A stretch of DNA of 64,000 nucleotides from contig CAZUNO010000014.1 in assembly GCA_964621445.1 (NCBI GenBank), positions 1-64,000 of the forward strand. Direction: 5' to 3'. Position numbers and translations under genes: made by a program. Below are positions 59,914 to 64,000 of this stretch, one piece after another (position 1 is the stretch's first letter; the number at the start of each line of letters is the position of its first letter). This DNA is from Candidatus Hadarchaeota archaeon. GTDB taxonomy: Archaea; CAYQAE01; CAYVLA01. The notes below the pieces were generated by a model. It made no database searches, was not told where the DNA came from, and saw nothing but the letters and a program-made list of their open reading frames with translations.

Positions 59914-59957
59914 GGGTTGGAGTATCCGAGTTTTTTTGGCTTCAACCCCTCTTTTTA
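59914..59957 (+). terminator. Possible terminator after the ferredoxin gene
   Basis: GGGTTGGAG...CTTCAACCC stem enclosing a T7 run and followed by TCTTTTT. Confidence 0.35.
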
Positions 59958-60043
59958 TATTACCTTTTCGCCAAGTTCTGGCGTCTACTGACCGCTAGGA
60001 GCACAGATATATCAGGTAAAACACCCGCTTTAGCTGAAAGCCG

Positions 60044-60676
60044 ATGAACGAGACCCAAGAATTGAAGCTGCCTGACCATATCCTGGTCAGGAAGGGGGAT
60101 AGAGTCACGGTAACCGAGAGAAGTTCGGGCGAGAGGAGGGCCATCAGTACCCGAGGGTCCATGCAGGTTGAGAGGTCAAGACCCAGGGTAAGGTTCCTAG
60201 CGGCCCTGGCCTCCGGTGTCCTGGCAGTATACTTCTCCTATATGTTCATCCCCAGAGTCTTCTCATCCCCCGTGGAGATGGTTCTACTCCCGGTCCTGGT
60301 TTCCCTTCCCATAATCCTGGACTTCATTTTTAATGGCAAGGTGGCCCTCGTATCCTATATCATCGCCTTCCTGGCCTTCGCAATATATGAGGGGGTTGCT
60401 TCCGGCCAGGAGGTCAGCCTGGGAATGATATTCCTGATAAGCGAATCCGCTCAGGGATCAGAATATCTATTTGTGCCAGCCTCGGACATGGTGACCGCCA
60501 TGTTCATGGGTCTACTTCCCTTTCTGACCCTGCGAATGGTCGGTCAGGCCATGGCCAGACTCAGGGTACATATCCCCTCCTCGGAAGGGGAGTACGTCAT
60601 GGAACTGAGCCACGGCGGTCTTGTAAAGGAACTGGAATCCTTCCTGGAAGAGAACGGGGTGAAGGTAGGTTCATGA
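60044..60676 (+). CDS. Hypothetical multi-pass membrane protein
   Basis: Several hydrophobic helices. Overlaps the next gene (ATGA). Confidence 0.7.
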   Translation: MNETQELKLPDHILVRKGDRVTVTERSSGERRAISTRGSMQVERSRPRVRFLAALASGVLAVYFSYMFIPRVFSSPVEMVLLPVLVSLPIILDFIFNGKVALVSYIIAFLAFAIYEGVASGQEVSLGMIFLISESAQGSEYLFVPASDMVTAMFMGLLPFLTLRMVGQAMARLRVHIPSSEGEYVMELSHGGLVKELESFLEENGVKVGS

Positions 60677-61386
60677 GCTTTGCCCGGCGAGAATTGCCGG
60701 AAAACGTGATCGATGACCCCGATCTGAGGAACTCTATTAACGTATTTTCTAACAGGCTTGAGGCCGGAGAGAGGTTAGAAGATTTAATTGGTTCCCGGTT
60801 GGAGGGACCAGCCCACGTGTTCGCCATACCCTCGGGCGGGATACCGGTTGGCATGGAGGTGGCCCGGCATCTGAATTCCCAACTGCGCATGCTACCGGTC
60901 AGGAAGCTGACCATACCCGGTAACCCCGAGGCGGGATACGGAGCAATTTCCCTGACCGGGAAGACGGTTTTTAACCAACGCCTCCTACGGTCCCTGGCCC
61001 TCGAGGATGAGGATATCTCCAGGTCTAAGGAGGAGGCAAGGGAGAAGATAGAGCGAAGGGTGGAAGAATTCGAGCTGAGCACGGACCTCCAGGACCTGAA
61101 GGGAAGGGATGTCCTGGTGGTGGACGACGGACTTGCCTCCGGCTACACTATGCTGTGTGCTATAGAAACCGTGGTTGATCAACACCCGGAAAGTCTGGCC
61201 GTAGCGGTTCCCACCGGTTCTGCCAGGGCGGTGACCAGGCTTGCCGGGAATTTGGATCTGGTTTTTTGTCTAAACGTCAGGTGGGGCCCGGTGTTCGCGG
61301 TGGCCGATGCTTACCAGAGATGGCATGACCTGAGCGATCGCGAGGTTATTGATCTTATAGATGGATCAAAAATGGGCCATGTTTGA
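60673..61386 (+). CDS. Phosphoribosyltransferase (type I)
   Basis: [21 protein letters not shown] loop [11 protein letters not shown]. Confidence 0.9.
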   Translation: MSFARRELPENVIDDPDLRNSINVFSNRLEAGERLEDLIGSRLEGPAHVFAIPSGGIPVGMEVARHLNSQLRMLPVRKLTIPGNPEAGYGAISLTGKTVFNQRLLRSLALEDEDISRSKEEAREKIERRVEEFELSTDLQDLKGRDVLVVDDGLASGYTMLCAIETVVDQHPESLAVAVPTGSARAVTRLAGNLDLVFCLNVRWGPVFAVADAYQRWHDLSDREVIDLIDGSKMGHV

Positions 61387-61439
61387 GGTCGATACAAGCA
61401 TTTAAGAGATTTAAGAGAAACCTATCCATCGGTGTTGGG

Positions 61440-61721
61440 TTGTTCTTCCCGGGAATAGGGCCTACTGAGCTGTTGCTCATACTAGCAATCGTGCTTCTCA
61501 TCTTCGGCGGAAAGAAGATACCGGAGCTCATGAGATCGATGGGGGAGGGAGTAAAGGAGTTCAAGAAGGCCTCCAAGGAGCTTAGCGAGGAGGAGTCCCC
61601 CAAAAAGAACGAGGAGAAAAAGGAGGATCTAAAGGGAGCGGCCCGGGCGCTGGGTATCTCCACCGAGGGAAAGACTGATGAGGAGCTGCGGAAGGAGATA
61701 TCTGAAAACGTAAAGGGCTAA
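61440..61721 (+). CDS. tatA: Twin-arginine translocase TatA/E
   Basis: [38 protein letters not shown] and archaeal tail [13 protein letters not shown]. Confidence 0.93.
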   Translation: MFFPGIGPTELLLILAIVLLIFGGKKIPELMRSMGEGVKEFKKASKELSEEESPKKNEEKKEDLKGAARALGISTEGKTDEELRKEISENVKG

Positions 61722-61761
61722 TTCTATCACATTTAAATCGTCTAGGACCCCCCTGGTCACA

Positions 61762-61992
61762 ATGGTTACTGCCTTTGTTATGATAGTGTCGGAGCCGGGG
61801 AAGGAAAAGGAGCTGGCCCAGGAACTTGAGGAAATGCCGCAGGTTAAGCAGATCTGGGAGGTCTACGGCGAGTATGACCTTGTCATTCGCATAGTGATCG
61901 ATAAGCTGCAGGTTCTTGACAGTTTCGTCCGTGAAAAGATTCGAAGGATGTCCTCGGTCCGTCTGACCACCACCATGATCAGCATCGAGTAG
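61762..61992 (+). CDS. Stand-alone Lrp/AsnC ligand-binding (RAM) domain protein
   Basis: VYGEYDLV...IRRMSSVRLTTTMI. 76 aa with no HTH. Confidence 0.9.
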   Translation: MVTAFVMIVSEPGKEKELAQELEEMPQVKQIWEVYGEYDLVIRIVIDKLQVLDSFVREKIRRMSSVRLTTTMISIE

Positions 61993-62008
61993 AAGCCGAG
62001 GGGAGCGG

Positions 62009-62605
62009 TTGGAATACCTCTTTGTTAATTGGCATCATATCGAGACCCTAGTGGCTACTCTGGCAGAATCCATAAGGAAGCGAGATTTTCGACCCGACAT
62101 GATCGTGGGGGTCTCCAGAGGCGGTCTGGTTCCCACCCGCCTCCTCTCCGATTACCTGGATGTCCGAAACGTGGCGGTGCTGGGGGTTGCCTTTTACCAG
62201 GACCTGGGAGAGACCGGTAATGAGCCGCGGATAACCCATCCCCTAAGACGGGATGTTGGGGGTAAGAAGGTGGTGCTTGTGGATGACGTAGCGGACACGG
62301 GATCAAGCCTGGAGAAGGCAATGTCCCATGTTTCGGGTCTGGAGCCCTCCAGCCTCCTGGTCTGTACCCTCCACCTAAAGCCCTGGTCCACCTTTGAGCC
62401 CCACATATACGCGGAGGAGACCGATAAGTGGATTATATATGCCTGGGAAAAGATGGAGGCCGGGTCCCATATAGTGAAGGATGTCGGAAATGGGAAAGCT
62501 GAGGATGGACTTCTTGCCGCTGGGTTCTCCAGCAATGATATCGAGCTTCTCCGCAGTCTGAAGCTAAAGGGTCTAGACCCTGACACGCTTGAGAACGAGC
62601 ATTAA
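62009..62605 (+). CDS. Purine phosphoribosyltransferase (Gpt/Hpt-like)
   Basis: VGVSRGGLVP, VLVDDVADTGSS, WIIYAWE. Confidence 0.9.
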   Translation: MEYLFVNWHHIETLVATLAESIRKRDFRPDMIVGVSRGGLVPTRLLSDYLDVRNVAVLGVAFYQDLGETGNEPRITHPLRRDVGGKKVVLVDDVADTGSSLEKAMSHVSGLEPSSLLVCTLHLKPWSTFEPHIYAEETDKWIIYAWEKMEAGSHIVKDVGNGKAEDGLLAAGFSSNDIELLRSLKLKGLDPDTLENEH

Positions 62606-63190
62606 AACCCCGAACCCGATAACCCCCACCAGGAGCAGCCAGGGGGGGAGCCTCATGACTCTCAGTCCGTGGGCCAAAAACAGGCATCTCGGTATCTTAC
62701 CTATTAGCGTGCCCACGAAGAACCTCAACGAGTTATATCGAACATAGCCCATGGCAAGCCCAAGAAGGTCCATGGGCAGGGGGGTGAAGGCAAAGATTGG
62801 TATGGCCCAAAACCCGTATTTGCTCGAAACGTCCTTGGGGTCGGTATACCTCTTAATCCACCTCCCGCCCACGAAGTAGGCGCTGTGGGCGGGGATTCCA
62901 TTTCTCTCCCTGTTCATCCTTTTTCTCAGGGATACCAGGTTATTTGAGAGCCTGCCCAAACCATAGGCAACCATCTCGCCCAGGGCAGCCGCCAGGCCGG
63001 CTATGATCCCCACCCTGGTGGGGTCCAGGCCCACCGACTGGCTGGCCGCCCAGGGCACGTACACCACATCGGCCACCGGGAAGAACAGAATGGATGCTGC
63101 CGATATCAGGGAAACCACGAACACGCCGGTGAGCCCGGCGCCCTGAATGAGGGCATTTGACCATTCCATCACGTCGAACACCATGATCAC
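62573..63190 (-). CDS. VTT/DedA (SNARE-associated) membrane protein
   Basis: AALGEMVAYGLG, FAFTPLPMDLLG...GKIPR. Confidence 0.85.
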   Translation of the reverse strand: MIMVFDVMEWSNALIQGAGLTGVFVVSLISAASILFFPVADVVYVPWAASQSVGLDPTRVGIIAGLAAALGEMVAYGLGRLSNNLVSLRKRMNRERNGIPAHSAYFVGGRWIKRYTDPKDVSSKYGFWAIPIFAFTPLPMDLLGLAMGYVRYNSLRFFVGTLIGKIPRCLFLAHGLRVMRLPPWLLLVGVIGFGVLMLVLKRVRV

Positions 63191-63231
63191 ATCCGGTTAG
63201 TTATAATCCCTTTACCGACGGTAATCCCTTC

Positions 63232-64000
63232 TTACCTTTTCCTGTTTGATTTAACCGGGCTTTCATCGCCAGAACGATGTCTATGGAGACCGAACCCGAT
63301 CAGGAAGACGATGGCCAGTATGGCTACCGCCGGTAGTAGCAGGCCCGGGGACCGGGCCCTTGAAAGCTGATTCCAATAATCTTCAGTCGTGGTGCCGAAC
63401 CTGAATAGAATGATTCCCTGAGCTTCCGACTTCATGGCCGAGTTCACTGCCTCCCTCACCTGCTTGGCCGGGATGTCAAATGCCTGTATACCGGACCAAA
63501 CTTCACCAGCACCCTCCGCCTTTAGGGCCTTGACGCCCCCTCCCACCCAGCTAGGGGGCTGCTGCATGAGGAAGTGATAGGTGTGTGCGACAAGGAAATC
63601 GGTCCTGGTGGAGAAGGCCTCCACGTCCTGTCCCCTGGCCAGGCGCTCGGACTGTTGAAACATGTCGATGAAGATGGATAGCTCGCCTTGGGTGGTTTGG
63701 CGAATGGAGTTCAGTAGGTCCACCATCCCCTGGTTTCTCCACTCGAAGAAGCGTCCCAGCAGTTTCTGGTTGGAGGTTATGTTGGCCAAGGTCAGGTTGA
63801 TGTTCATGTGGATGGAGAAAGATTTGATGGTGGAGTTATCGAAGGGCCCGGGGTAGGGCACCGTGAAATAGTCAAGGAAAAATCCATCGGGTTGAAGTCT
63901 GGATTCCAGTCCCTCGATCCACTCCAGGAGGGCGTTCCTGTACCCCATATGAAGGGGATTAACTAGCCCGCTGTCCGATATCTCCGTGTTGGAGACCAGG
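63232..64000 (-). CDS. Partial (3' part) membrane-anchored GHL10/DUF187-like glycoside hydrolase
   Basis: The frame is open to the window edge: VNPLHMGYR...DGFFLDY, RGQD, GIILF, then a C-terminal TM helix and basic tail. Confidence 0.65.
   Translation of the reverse strand, partial: LVSNTEISDSGLVNPLHMGYRNALLEWIEGLESRLQPDGFFLDYFTVPYPGPFDNSTIKSFSIHMNINLTLANITSNQKLLGRFFEWRNQGMVDLLNSIRQTTQGELSIFIDMFQQSERLARGQDVEAFSTRTDFLVAHTYHFLMQQPPSWVGGGVKALKAEGAGEVWSGIQAFDIPAKQVREAVNSAMKSEAQGIILFRFGTTTEDYWNQLSRARSPGLLLPAVAILAIVFLIGFGLHRHRSGDESPVKSNRKR

Noticed and set aside
61400-61417. Tandem ATTTAAGAG repeat upstream of tatA
   Set aside because: Only two copies; best explained as the TATA region of the tatA promoter.
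1-64000. CRISPR arrays, tRNA/rRNA, IS elements, integrases, diversity-generating retroelement repeats
   Set aside because: No regularly spaced repeats, cloverleafs, transposase, integrase or reverse transcriptase motifs were seen. Paralog similarity is at protein level only, with no near-identical DNA repeats.

Overview
64 kb of an archaeal chromosome, judged from form III RuBisCO, a minimal SufCB pair, archaeal-type TatA, a CBS-HPF fusion, GGTGA/GGAG ribosome-binding sites and TTTAA-type promoters. It is probably an anaerobic heterotroph; the lineage cannot be fixed from this window. The window has two halves. About 1-41 kb is an accessory, partly decaying region with cytoplasmic glycoside-hydrolase-like proteins, three Cys-type sulfatases, an SGNH esterase, aldolase and enolase-superfamily enzymes, methyltransferases, disarmed or decayed toxin-antitoxin genes and an AT-rich ORFan island at 16.5-21 kb. 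About 41-64 kb is an intact, mostly housekeeping block (rbcL, nadE, sufCB, rnhA, speB, asd, tatA). The most striking signal is an expanded family of secreted, C-terminally anchored proteins. There are four full copies, one partial copy at the left edge missed by the ORF track, and two stand-alone C-terminal pieces, one hidden in an intergenic gap. They share an R-x-Y-x-P-R motif, a GATase1/DUF1355-like domain, a helical stalk and a conserved ALxWxxxxEW...RR.xxTR tail that looks like an undescribed sorting or assembly signal. No rRNA, tRNA, CRISPR array or transposase was recognised. All calls come from reading motifs by eye; no database searches were run.
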